From an uncultured Solirubrobacterales bacterium (lineage in GTDB: Bacteria > Actinomycetota > Thermoleophilia > Solirubrobacterales > 70-9): a DNA stretch of 64,000 bases. Positions 47,363-56,057 of the stretch are shown here, one piece after another. Position 1 is the first letter of the stretch, and each line of letters begins with the position of its first letter. A program made the position numbers and the translations under genes. The stretch is from NCBI GenBank assembly GCA_963850625.1, contig CAWKLZ010000010.1, positions 16,598-80,597 of the forward strand. The letters run 5' to 3'. A model generated the notes under the pieces. The model did not search any database and was not told the DNA's origin. It saw only the letters and a list, made by a program, of their open reading frames with translations.

Positions 47363-48126
47363 CGGCGCCCCTCCATGCGCTCCAGCGCCGCGACGACGGC
47401 ACCGCGGAACGCCTCCGCTCCGCCGAGGCTCTCGAGCTCGTCGAGCCCCGCCTCCGTGCTGCCGCCGGGCGAGGCGACGGCGCCCTGCAGGGTCGCCGGG
47501 TCGTGCCTGAGCAGCAGCTCGCCGGTGACGGCGGCGCTACGGGCGACGAGCTCGGCGGCGAGCTCCGGGATCCAGCCCCGCCTCGGCGCCGGCGTCCGCG
47601 ATCGCATCGCAGGCGACGGCGATCCACGCGGGCGAGCAGCCCATCACGGCGGTCGCCGCGTCGAGCCGCTCCTCGTCGAGCTCGAACAGCACGGCGATCC
47701 GCCCGAGCAGCTCGAGGGCCGGGGCGAGCGCCTCCGGGTCTGAAGGTGGCGCATGGCAGATCACGCCGCGGCCGACCTCGACGCCGACATTGGGCATCGT
47801 CCGCAGCACGGCGGCCTGTGGAAAGGCGGCTTCGAGCTTGCCGACCGGCGTCGCCCCGAGGACCGAGACGAGCGGGCCGGCGAAGTCGGCGAGTTCCGCG
47901 GCGGCGTCGGCGAGCGTCGCCGGCTTGACGGCGAGCACGATCAGATCGACGGATGAGGCCATCTCGCCGAGCGAGGCCGCTCGCTCTCCCCCGGTCTCCG
48001 CGGCCAGCGCCTGCGCCCGCCCGGAGCCCGCGTCGGTGAACACCATCGCGTCAGGCCCGCCGACCAGCGCCCAACCGCGCGCGATCGCGGCAGCCATGTT
48101 CCCGGAGCCGGCGAAACCAACCTTCA
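47359..48126 (-). CDS. proC: pyrroline-5-carboxylate reductase (one apparent frameshift near 47575)
   Basis: MKVGFAGSGNMAAAIARG (Rossmann), MPNVGVEVGRG, and the C-terminal SPGGSTEAGL in a second frame. Confidence 0.85.
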
Positions 48127-48280
48127 TGGGCAGGAGCGTAGATGGCGGCGGCCCTGCGTCGCATGAGCGGGCCAGCTGCGGCGCCCACCGGTCACGTTGG
48201 ACCCACCATTGCCGGACCAAGCGTGACCACCGCCGGCGAGAGCAGCGAGGGAGCGGTAAACGGCAGCCCAAGGGAGACGA

Positions 48281-48319
48281 CTGGTCACAAAACCTCTCAA
48301 CTTGAGAGGTTTCGTGACC
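48281..48319 (+). repeat. 39-nt near-perfect palindrome TGGTCACAAAACCTCTCAA-C-TTGAGAGGTTTCGTGACCA
   Basis: 18 of 19 arm positions are complementary. It has the same outer stem and apex as 35846-35884 but a different, still complementary, inner stem. Confidence 0.85.
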
Positions 48320-48372
48320 ACTGGCAGGCGAGAGCAGCGAGGGAAAGCTCAAAGGCAGCCCACGACGGACGA

Positions 48373-48411
48373 CTGGTCACGTTCCACCGCAACTTGCGGT
48401 GCTTCGTAACC
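48373..48411 (+). repeat. 39-nt hairpin, same sequence as 35846-35884 except one change in the outer right arm (GTAACCA)
   Basis: Direct comparison: TGGTCACGTTCCACCGCAACTTGCGGTGCTTCGTAACCA. Confidence 0.85.
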
Positions 48412-48670
48412 ACTCGGCCCAGCCAAGCCCCTCCGCAGGCCCACCTCCCTCACTGCCCAAGGCGTCAACCCCCCACCCCTCGTCCCAGCTAACCCAAGCC
48501 AAGCCACCTTCGCCGGCGATCGCCCACGCAACCCCCTCTCCCGCGGGTGGCCCACAGATCGCAGGCCCCCGAGCAATGCCGGTGGCGCAGCGGGGCCCGC
48601 GCAGCTCCCGGACAGGACCCGCGGGCCGAGCATCTCGGCGGGGACGCCAGGCCGACGAGCGGCCAGGCGA

Positions 48671-49213
48671 TCAGCTCTGGTTGAAGAAGCCCTTCTCGAC
48701 GAGGCGGGCCTTCTCTTCGGCGGAGACCTCGACGTTGGCCGGGGTCAGAAGGAAGGTCTTGTCGGCGATTCGCTGCATGCCGCCGTCGAGCGCGTAGGTG
48801 AGGCCGGAGCCGAAGTCGATCAGGCGCTTGGAGAGGTCGGTCGAGGCCGACTGCAGATTGAGGATCACCGGCACGCTGCGCTTGAACTTGTCGGCGATCT
48901 CCTGTGCGTCGTTGAAGTTGCGCGGCGTGACGAAGTGGACCTGGACGTTGTCGCCACCGTTCGAGACGGGGCGTAACTGGCGCCGCGGGGCGGGCGCGTC
49001 ATCGTCGCTGAAGATGTCGTCGATCTCGCTCGGCTCGTCCCGGCGCAGGCGGCGGACGTTCGATCCGCTCGAGCGGGCGCGCCGCGGCGGCGGAGCGTCC
49101 TCGCTCACCGTTGCGGGCTCGTATGGGTCCTCTTCGTCCTCGTATCGGTACTCGGGGTCGTCAGCGAGCCCGAAGTACACGAGCGCCCTGTGCCATGTGT
49201 CCCTTACGGCCAT
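48671..49213 (-). CDS. sepF: cell division protein SepF
   Basis: MAVRDTWHRALVYFGL N-terminal membrane-targeting helix, a disordered linker, and the C-terminal FVTPRNFNDAQEIADKFKRSVPVILNL domain. Confidence 0.9.
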   Translation of the reverse strand: MAVRDTWHRALVYFGLADDPEYRYEDEEDPYEPATVSEDAPPPRRARSSGSNVRRLRRDEPSEIDDIFSDDDAPAPRRQLRPVSNGGDNVQVHFVTPRNFNDAQEIADKFKRSVPVILNLQSASTDLSKRLIDFGSGLTYALDGGMQRIADKTFLLTPANVEVSAEEKARLVEKGFFNQS

Positions 49214-49303
49214 CTCGCGCCTCTTTCGCTCAAGGTGCCGGAAATCCTTTGCGATTCTAGGGGCGAAGCAGGCGTTCGCACGGCAAACCGGCGCCAGGAG
49301 TCC

Positions 49304-49940
49304 TCAGACGAAGACGGTCGATCCGACGCGGATGATGGTTGCGCCCTCCTCGACCGCGACCTCCCAGTCCTGGCTGGTGCCCATCGAGAGTCGACTGAGG
49401 CCGTGCGTCACCCGCGAGCTCCGCGAGCTTGGCGAAGTGCGGCCGCGACGCCTCGGGGTCCTCGGCGAACGGCGGCATCGTGCTGAGGCCAGCCACCGTC
49501 ACCGGGCAGCGCGCGACGAAGTCATCAAGTGCATCGACCTCGACGCCGCCCTTGCCCTCTTCGCCGGCGACATTGACCTGCACGAGGATCTCCGTCGTGG
49601 GATCGGCGTGGCGTCCGAGGCGCTCGAGCACCGAGTCCGTGCAGACCGAGTGGATCAGGCGAACGCGCTCGAGCAGGCGCGGCACCTTGCGGCTCTGGAG
49701 GTTGCCGATGAAGTCCCAGGCGAAGGCATCCTCTCCCCAGCGCTCCTGCTTCGCCTCGAGGTCCTGAGCGCGGTTCTCGCCGACCAGCGTCGCGCCGCCG
49801 TCGGCGAGCGCCCCCATCTCCTCGATCGGCACGTACTTGCTGGCGACGAGCACCTCGACGCCCGCGCCGGCCCGCGCGCGGATCCGCTCGAGGTTGGCGC
49901 GTATCTTCTCGGGCTCGATTCCGTGGATCAGTCCGGCCAT
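49304..49940 (-). CDS. yggS: YggS-family pyridoxal-phosphate homeostasis protein (one apparent frameshift near 49400)
   Basis: LVASKYVP (PLP Lys), [11 protein letters not shown], then [27 protein letters not shown] in the neighbouring frame ending at 49304. GGAGGA lies 7 nt before the ATG at 49940. Confidence 0.85.
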
Positions 49941-50680
49941 CAGGTCGTCCTCCATATCAGCCCACCCTGCCTGCCCGTCTCCGGGCCCTCGCCTCGGTGT
50001 GAGAAGAAGAGGTCCGGATTGCACCGCGTGCAGAGGTCCGAGCGGTCCGCCACCTCCACCCCGGCCCGCTCGAGCAGGCGCTGGGCGACCTCAGGCAGAT
50101 CGAGCATCCGGCCGTCGGCGATGCCGGCTCCGAGCGAGGCGAACGCCTCGAGCACCTCCGGGCCGACCTCGAAGCAACAGGGCCCGATGCCCGGGCCGAT
50201 CGCCGCCACCGCGCGATCGAGTTCCGAGCAGGTCTCGGCGACGATCCCGGCGGCCAGCCCCCGCCAGCCCCCGTGCACCATTGCCGCCGTCTTACCGTCG
50301 GCGACCGCGATCGGCAGGCAGTCGGCGACGAAGACGAGCAGCGCAAGCCCGGCGCAATCGGTGACGTGGGCGTCGACCTCGGGCGGTGGCTCCCCTCTCC
50401 CGGCGAACGGCGCCGGCCGCTGCGGGCCGCTGTGGCGCAGCACCCGCGCCCCGTGCACCTGGCGCCCGATCGCTATGCGCTCCGGCTCGAGGCCGAGCGC
50501 CGCGGCGAGCCGGCGGCGATTCTCGAGCACGTGGTCGCGTTCGTCGCCGGTGAGGACGCCGAGATTGAGGCTCTCGTAGGGAGGGCGGCTGACGCCGCCG
50601 AGCCTCGTCGAGAAGGCCGCCGTCGCGCCGGGCAGCCCGGCTTCGAGCCAGACGACCCCGTCGGACTCGCGCCGCCGCAT
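49940..50680 (-). CDS. pgeF: peptidoglycan editing factor PgeF (YfiH/DUF152 laccase-domain protein)
   Basis: FSTRLGGVS.PPYESLNLG, VADCLPI and HGGWRGL motifs. Confidence 0.85.
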   Translation of the reverse strand: MRRRESDGVVWLEAGLPGATAAFSTRLGGVSRPPYESLNLGVLTGDERDHVLENRRRLAAALGLEPERIAIGRQVHGARVLRHSGPQRPAPFAGRGEPPPEVDAHVTDCAGLALLVFVADCLPIAVADGKTAAMVHGGWRGLAAGIVAETCSELDRAVAAIGPGIGPCCFEVGPEVLEAFASLGAGIADGRMLDLPEVAQRLLERAGVEVADRSDLCTRCNPDLFFSHRGEGPETGRQGGLIWRTT

Positions 50681-51816
50681 CAGGAGGCCTCGACCGCGGC
50701 GAGCGCGACGCCGAGCTCCTCCTCCGGCGTCGCTCCGATCGCGCCCAAGAGGCGCGCGTGCAGCGCGGCGCGCAGGCCTCGGCCGACGTCGGGGCCCTCG
50801 CTGACACCGGCGGCGATCAATGAATCCCCGTCGATGGACAGCGCGACCCGCCGCCACTCCGAGACGTGGCGGTCCAGCCAGTTGGCCCCCTTGGCGCGGG
50901 CGATCGCGAGCTCGATGTCGCTGTGGCGGCGAGCGCACTCGTAGAGCTCGGGGGCAGGCAGCGCCGGGTCGAGATCGGCGAGCTCGGAGGCCCCGGCGAG
51001 CAGGTCGGGGTCCGCGACCGCAATCGCCGCGAGCAGCTCGGGTCGCGGCACCAGGCGGCTCCACGGTTCGGTGAGCACGTATTCGGCTGCTTCGGCGAGC
51101 AGCCCCCGGCACTCCTGGCTGATCGGCAATACGCCCCATTCCGCGATCAGTTCGAAGGCGGCCACCGCCTCCGGCTCGGCGGCGATCCGCAGCAACTCGG
51201 CGGTGACGCGGTCCTCGCTCACGGTCGAGAGGTCGGTGGCGGCGAGCGCCGCGCGCGTCGCCGGATCCGGCTCGAGTCCGAGCCGCGCCGCGTAGCGCGC
51301 GCCGCGCAGCGCCCGCGTCGGGTCGTCGATCAGCGATCCCTCGTGCAGCAGGCGCAGGACGCCGGCCCCGAGGTCAGCCGCGCCGCCAAACGGGTCGAGT
51401 AGCTCGACGGGACCGGAAAGCGGCAACGCGAGCGCGTTGACCGTGAAGTCGCGTCGCATGAGGTCTTCGGCGATCGGCGCCGGCTCCACGTCGGGGAGGG
51501 CGCCCGGCCGCGCATATGTCTCGCGCCGGGTCCGCGCCAGGTCGACCTGCCGTCCCTCGATCAGCAGGCCGGCAGTTCCGAAGCGCTCGTGCGTACGCCC
51601 TTCGATGCCGAGCCGTCCAAGGACCGCGTCGAGCTCGCCCTCGACTGCCACATCGAGGTCGGGCGACTGGGGCAGGCGGCCGCCGACGGCGTCCCGCACG
51701 GCGCCTCCGACGAGGTAACCGGGAGACCCGGCCGCCTCGAGACCGGCGAGCAGGGACGCCGGCACGGCCGCCCTGGCCGCCTCGAGTCGCGAGTCGATTT
51801 CCGTCCGTCTGCTCAT
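50680..51816 (-). CDS. CCA-adding enzyme / poly(A) polymerase family nucleotidyltransferase
   Basis: YLVGGAVRDAVGGR..PDLDVAV catalytic head and RRDFTVNALA motif. Confidence 0.75.
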   Translation of the reverse strand: MSRRTEIDSRLEAARAAVPASLLAGLEAAGSPGYLVGGAVRDAVGGRLPQSPDLDVAVEGELDAVLGRLGIEGRTHERFGTAGLLIEGRQVDLARTRRETYARPGALPDVEPAPIAEDLMRRDFTVNALALPLSGPVELLDPFGGAADLGAGVLRLLHEGSLIDDPTRALRGARYAARLGLEPDPATRAALAATDLSTVSEDRVTAELLRIAAEPEAVAAFELIAEWGVLPISQECRGLLAEAAEYVLTEPWSRLVPRPELLAAIAVADPDLLAGASELADLDPALPAPELYECARRHSDIELAIARAKGANWLDRHVSEWRRVALSIDGDSLIAAGVSEGPDVGRGLRAALHARLLGAIGATPEEELGVALAAVEAS

Positions 51817-51846
51817 CCGTTGTCCGTAGCATGGAGCGTCGCCACG

Positions 51847-53451
51847 ATGAAGGTCGTCAAGCGCATCTGGACCGGGACGACGGCGGCCGAGCGGCTGCTG
51901 CTCGCCGCGGCGCTCTTTGGCGTGCTCGCCACGGTCGTCGTTGCGGCGTTCGCCCTGGTCAAGCGGCCAGGCGACATCTCGAACCCCGACGCCGCCTTCA
52001 ACAAGGGCCGGCTGCAGAACGACCCGACCAAGAACGACAAGGGCAAGAAGTTGCAGACGGTCGATTGGCCCCGCTTCGGCTACGACGAGGCGCGGACCAA
52101 ATTCCTCGGCGTGCAGCGGGTGCGGCCGCCGTACCGGAAACTGTGGAAGTACAAGAACGGCGAGTTGATCGAGCTCCCGCCGGTGATCGCCGGCAAGCGG
52201 ATGTACCTGATCGACAACGACGGCGTCTTCGTCGCTCTCGACGCACAGACGGGCAAGGTCGCCTGGAAGAAGAAGCTGGGCTCGCTCAACGCCTCCTCGC
52301 CCGCATATTGGAAGGGCAAGCTGCTCGCCGTCAATCTCGAGCCGCAGCAGGTGCTGTCGGTGCGCGCCAGCGACGGGAAGGTCCTGTGGAAGAAGTCGCT
52401 GCCGGCGCGCTCGGAGTCCTCGCCGCTGGTCCACGGCCATCACATGTATTTCGGCGACGAGGCGGGCAACTTCTACGCACTCGATGCGCGCAACGGGAAG
52501 ACGATCTGGCAGACCCACCTGAACGGCTCGGTCAAGGCCGCTCCCGCGTTCGCCGACGGCACCCTCTACGACGGCGACTATTCGGGGAAGATGTACGCAA
52601 TCCGGGCCTCCGACGGTGCGATCCGCTGGCAGACGGAGGGGCTCGGCACCGGGCTTAGTTCAGGCCGCTTCTACTCGACGCCGGCCGTCGCCTTCGGTCG
52701 CGTCTACGCAGGCAACGTCGACAACCGCGTCTACAGCTTCGACCGCCAGACCGGCGCGATCGACTGGACGTTCTCCGCAGGCGACTACGTCTATTCAGGC
52801 GTCGCGGCCGCGGACGGCGACAAGATCAAGCCCTCGGTCTACTTCGGCTCGCACGACCGACACGTCTACTCCGTCGACGCGCAGACGGGCAAGCTCAACT
52901 GGAAGGCGGAGCCCGGCGGCCAGGTGAGCGGGCCGGCAACCGTGATCGGCGACGTCGTCTACGTCTCCACCTTCAGTGGCAACGCGACGCTCGGCTTCGA
53001 CCTCGAAACCGGTAGGCGCGTCTTCAAGGTCGATGATGGCCAGTACGGACCGGCCGTCTCCGACGGGGTCCACCTGTTCATCGCGGGCGGCTCGGACGTG
53101 ATCGCCTACAAGCCGATCAAGATCGGCAACTACAAGGCCAAGGACGGCGAGAAGGGCATCGTGCCCCCCGCCGAGCGGCGCAAGGCGCGCGGCCAGCAGC
53201 CCGGCCCGAACGCGAAGAAGCAAGCCAAGAAGCTGAAGTCGAGCCCCAACAAGGGTGACAAGGGCAAATCCGGCGGCGGCAAGAAGAAGGGCAAGAAGAA
53301 GCGGGCGGCCAAGAAGAAGAAGAAGCCGGCCCAAAAGAAGCAGAAGGGTGGCGGCAAGAAGGGCAAGAAGCAGAAGGGTGGCGGCAAGCAGAAGCAAGAA
53401 GAAGAAGAAGAAGAAGAAGAACTGACGGTCAGCCCGCGGAAACGGGCCTGA
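51847..53451 (+). CDS. N-terminally anchored PQQ-like beta-propeller repeat protein with Lys/Gly-rich C-terminal tail
   Basis: TM helix: [22 protein letters not shown]. Repeated ...ALDA.TGK..W motifs ([76 protein letters not shown]). The tail reads [34 protein letters not shown]. Confidence 0.75.
   Translation: MKVVKRIWTGTTAAERLLLAAALFGVLATVVVAAFALVKRPGDISNPDAAFNKGRLQNDPTKNDKGKKLQTVDWPRFGYDEARTKFLGVQRVRPPYRKLWKYKNGELIELPPVIAGKRMYLIDNDGVFVALDAQTGKVAWKKKLGSLNASSPAYWKGKLLAVNLEPQQVLSVRASDGKVLWKKSLPARSESSPLVHGHHMYFGDEAGNFYALDARNGKTIWQTHLNGSVKAAPAFADGTLYDGDYSGKMYAIRASDGAIRWQTEGLGTGLSSGRFYSTPAVAFGRVYAGNVDNRVYSFDRQTGAIDWTFSAGDYVYSGVAAADGDKIKPSVYFGSHDRHVYSVDAQTGKLNWKAEPGGQVSGPATVIGDVVYVSTFSGNATLGFDLETGRRVFKVDDGQYGPAVSDGVHLFIAGGSDVIAYKPIKIGNYKAKDGEKGIVPPAERRKARGQQPGPNAKKQAKKLKSSPNKGDKGKSGGGKKKGKKKRAAKKKKKPAQKKQKGGGKKGKKQKGGGKQKQEEEEEEEELTVSPRKRA
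53398..53421 (+). repeat. (GAA)8 microsatellite encoding an E8 run
   Basis: Eight consecutive GAA codons read directly. This is unusual in such GC-rich DNA. Confidence 0.9.
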
Positions 53452-54257
53452 CGGCAATTCCCGCCTCGGCCAGCGCCTGCTTCGCCTCGGCGATCGAGTA
53501 ACGGCCGTAGTGGAAGATCGAGGCGCTGAGCACGGCGTCGGCCCCACCGTCACGGATGCCTTCGACCAGGTGCGAGAGCTCGCCGACGCCGCCGGAGGCG
53601 ATCACCGGGATCGCCACCGCATCGGCGACCGCGCGGGTGAGCGGGATGTCGTAGCCCGCGGTCGTTCCGTCCCGGTCCATGCTCGTCAGCAGGATCTCCC
53701 CCGCGCCGCGCTCCGCAGCCTCGTGCGCCCAGCCGACGGCCTCGCGCCCCTCGACCAGCTTGCGACCGCCGGCCACGTACACGTCCCATCCGAGCCCCGA
53801 ATCGCCCCCCAGCACGCCTGGGCCCGAAGTCGGAGGACGTGCGGGAAGCGTCGGTTCGCCGCTTGGCGTCGATCGCCGCGACGACGCACTGGCTGCCGAA
53901 GTGCTCGGCGAGCTCGCCGATCAGCTCGGGCCGAGCCAGCGCCGAGGAGTTGACCGCGACCTTGTCGGCGCCCGCGTCGAGCACCGCCTGCGCGTCGGCG
54001 ACCGAGGCGATGCCACCGCCGATCGTGAACGGGATGAAGACGTCGTTGGCGGTCCGCCGGGCGAGCTCGGTGATCGTTTCACGCTTCTCGTGCGTCGCCG
54101 TGATGTCGAGGAAGACGAGCTCGTCGGCGCCCTCGGCGTCGTAGCGGGCGGCAAGCTCGACCGGGTCGCCGGCGTCGCGGATGTCGACGAAGTTCGTGCC
54201 CTTGACGACGCGTCCGCGGTCGACGTCCAAGCACGGAATGACGCGCTTGAGGATCAC
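53429..54257 (-). CDS. hisF: imidazole glycerol phosphate synthase, cyclase subunit (one apparent frameshift near 53830)
   Basis: N-terminus ([19 protein letters not shown]...[10 protein letters not shown]) is in one frame. [18 protein letters not shown]...ASGG.G is in the next. GTG start with GGGAGG upstream. Confidence 0.9.
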
Positions 54258-54266
54258 CTCCCGTGC

Positions 54267-54552
54267 CTACTTGGGCCGGCGCCACGGCATCGCGGCGGTC
54301 GCCGTCTCCTTGGCGAGCTCCGATCGGCTCGAGCTTGCCGACGATCGTGCCGAGCCGCTCGCGCTCGCGCTTGGTCAGGTTCGACGGCTTGCCCTTCGAC
54401 TTGCGCACGAGCCGCTGCAGCTCGGACTTCTCGCGCGCGTCGAGCAGGTCGAGGTGGCGCTTGATCGTCAGCGCGACCTCGGCGATGATCAGGATCCGCG
54501 CCCAGACGGTCCAGCGCATGCCCGTGCGGGCCGCCATCGAGAGCATGCTCAC
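54267..54552 (-). CDS. small hypothetical membrane protein between hisA and hisF (one apparent frameshift near 54320)
   Basis: The GTG start forms GTGA with the hisA stop. TM-like segment: WTVWARILIIAEVAL. The basic middle is followed by a shifted-frame end ELAKETATAAMPWRRPK-TAG at 54267. Confidence 0.45.
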
Positions 54553-55343
54553 GGTTGCGCCCCTCCCGCGGTTGCCGCCTCGCCGCGGAGGGCCTCGATG
54601 CCCTCGGCGACCGAGAGTTTCTCCTCGTACAGCGCCCGTCCGACGATCACGCCGGCGAGCGCGGCGTACTCCGTGCGATCGCGCAGCGCTGCGAGCGCGG
54701 CGAGGTCGTGGGCGCCGCCAACCCCTCCCGAGTAGATCAACTCCCCCCCTCCGGCCGCACATGCAGCGGCGATCTCGGCCAGGCCGGTGAGACCAGGCCC
54801 GCCGAGCGTTCCGTCGACCTCGACGGGCGTGTAGACGAAGCGCCGCACGCCGCGGCCCGCGAGCTCGCCGACGAGCTCGGCCACGGGCGTCTCGGTCCGC
54901 TCCTCCCAGCCCTCGACCGCGACCCGGCCCTCGCGTCCGTCGACGGAGGCAACGATGCGCTCGCCTCCATGCCGGCTCGCGAGCTCGCCGACGAACGCGG
55001 GATCGCGCTGAGCGCGCGTGCCGAGCACGGCGCGCGCGGCGCCTGCCTCGAGCACCGCGGCGACGGCTGCCTCGTCGCGGAGGCCGCCTCCGACCTGGAT
55101 CGGAACCCCGGCCCGCCCTGCGATCCGCTCGACGATGTCGAGGTTTCGCGGCGAGCCCGCGCGGGCGCCGTCGAGGTCGACGACGTGGAGGATCTCAGCG
55201 CCGTCATCGACCCAGCGCAGCGCCGCGTCGAGCGGATCCGCGTCGTAGACCGTCTCGCGCGCGTAGTCGCCCTGGCGCAGGCGGACCGCGTGGCGGTCGC
55301 GGATGTCGATCGCGGGCAGCAGCTGCATCGGCTCAGAGGCCAT
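54549..55343 (-). CDS. hisA: phosphoribosyl-formimino-AICAR-P isomerase (HisA; possibly PriA-type)
   Basis: LLPAIDIRD...VRL.QGDY, HVVDLDGA and VQVGGGLR motifs. Uninterrupted ORF. Confidence 0.9.
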   Translation of the reverse strand: MASEPMQLLPAIDIRDRHAVRLRQGDYARETVYDADPLDAALRWVDDGAEILHVVDLDGARAGSPRNLDIVERIAGRAGVPIQVGGGLRDEAAVAAVLEAGAARAVLGTRAQRDPAFVGELASRHGGERIVASVDGREGRVAVEGWEERTETPVAELVGELAGRGVRRFVYTPVEVDGTLGGPGLTGLAEIAAACAAGGGELIYSGGVGGAHDLAALAALRDRTEYAALAGVIVGRALYEEKLSVAEGIEALRGEAATAGGAQP

Positions 55344-55994
55344 CTGAAAACCCCCGGGCGACCGGAACCGGCGCGCCGTCCTCGCAGAGCCCGGCGAAGT
55401 TGGCGAGCATCCGCAGACCGGCGGCGCTCGACTTCTCCGGGTGGAACTGGGCGCCGAAGACGTTGCCCCGACCGACCAGGGCGGCGAAGGGCTCGCCGTA
55501 GGACGCGGTGGCGAGCAACTCGTCCGGCGCCGGAATCGGCGCCAGGCTGTGCACGAAGTAGAAGGTCTCGCCGTCGGCGATCCCCGCCGTCAGCGGGCTT
55601 CGCTGCTGCTGAGCGAGCTTCGCCCAGCCGATGTGCGGCAGCTTCAGCGCCGGCGCGGGGAGCGCCTCGACGGAGCCTGCGAGCAGGCCGAGTCCGTCGG
55701 CGCCGCCGTTCTCGCTCGAGCGTTCGAAGAGCAGCTGCATGCCGAGGCAGATCCCGAGCACCGGCCGCCCGCGACGCCGCGAAGTCTGCGGATCGTCGCG
55801 TCGAGTTCGTGTTCGCCGATCCGCTCCATCGCCCGCGGGAAGGCGCCGACGCCCGGCAGGATCAGCCCGTCGGCATCGCCGAGGGCGCCGCCGTCGCCAC
55901 TGATCGCAGGCGTGGCTCCGACGTGCTCGATCGCCTTCTCGACCGAGCGCAGGTTGCCCATCCCGTAGTCGACGATGCCGATCCGCGCGCTCAT
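55333..55994 (-). CDS. hisH: imidazole glycerol phosphate synthase, glutamine amidotransferase subunit (one apparent frameshift near 55768)
   Basis: N-terminus (IGIVDYGMGNLRSVEKA, LILPGVGAF) is in one frame. PVLGICLGMQLL (catalytic Cys) and FGAQFHPEKS are in the next. Confidence 0.9.
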
Positions 55995-56057
55995 CGGCCG
56001 GATCTTAGGGCCCGTCCTGGGCCCGTCCCCGGCCCCGAGGGGCTCAGGGCTCAGGGC

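Larger units (their letters stand above)
48186..48632 (+). repeat. copy 2 of the modular non-coding dispersed repeat (three ~92-93 nt tandem units plus conserved tail)
   Basis: GGTCAC hairpin starts at 48189, 48282 and 48374. GGCGAGAGCAGCGAGGGA starts at 48234 and 48326. Tail block 48509-48629 matches 36163-36283 (8 mismatches in 121 nt by hand alignment). Confidence 0.85.

Noticed and set aside
36297-48185. The two repeat copies as att-like direct repeats bounding a mobile island or prophage
   Set aside because: The 12 kb between them holds only core housekeeping genes in conserved order (fadD, rseP, dxr, cdsA, uppS, frr, pyrH, tsf, rpsB, rluD, lspA, yggT, proC). There is no integrase or phage gene.
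48186-48420. Possible CRISPR array suggested by ~92-nt periodic hairpins
   Set aside because: The segments between hairpins are the conserved part, while a hairpin interior varies. That is the opposite of repeat/spacer logic. The period is also too long, and no cas genes are present.
48440-48480. 6C-type small RNA suggested by C-runs (CAACCCCCCACCCCTCGTCCC) in the tail of repeat copy 2
   Set aside because: The C-run is not conserved at the homologous position of copy 1 (CAACAGCTCACCTCTCGTCCC). I also could not identify the two C-loop hairpins.
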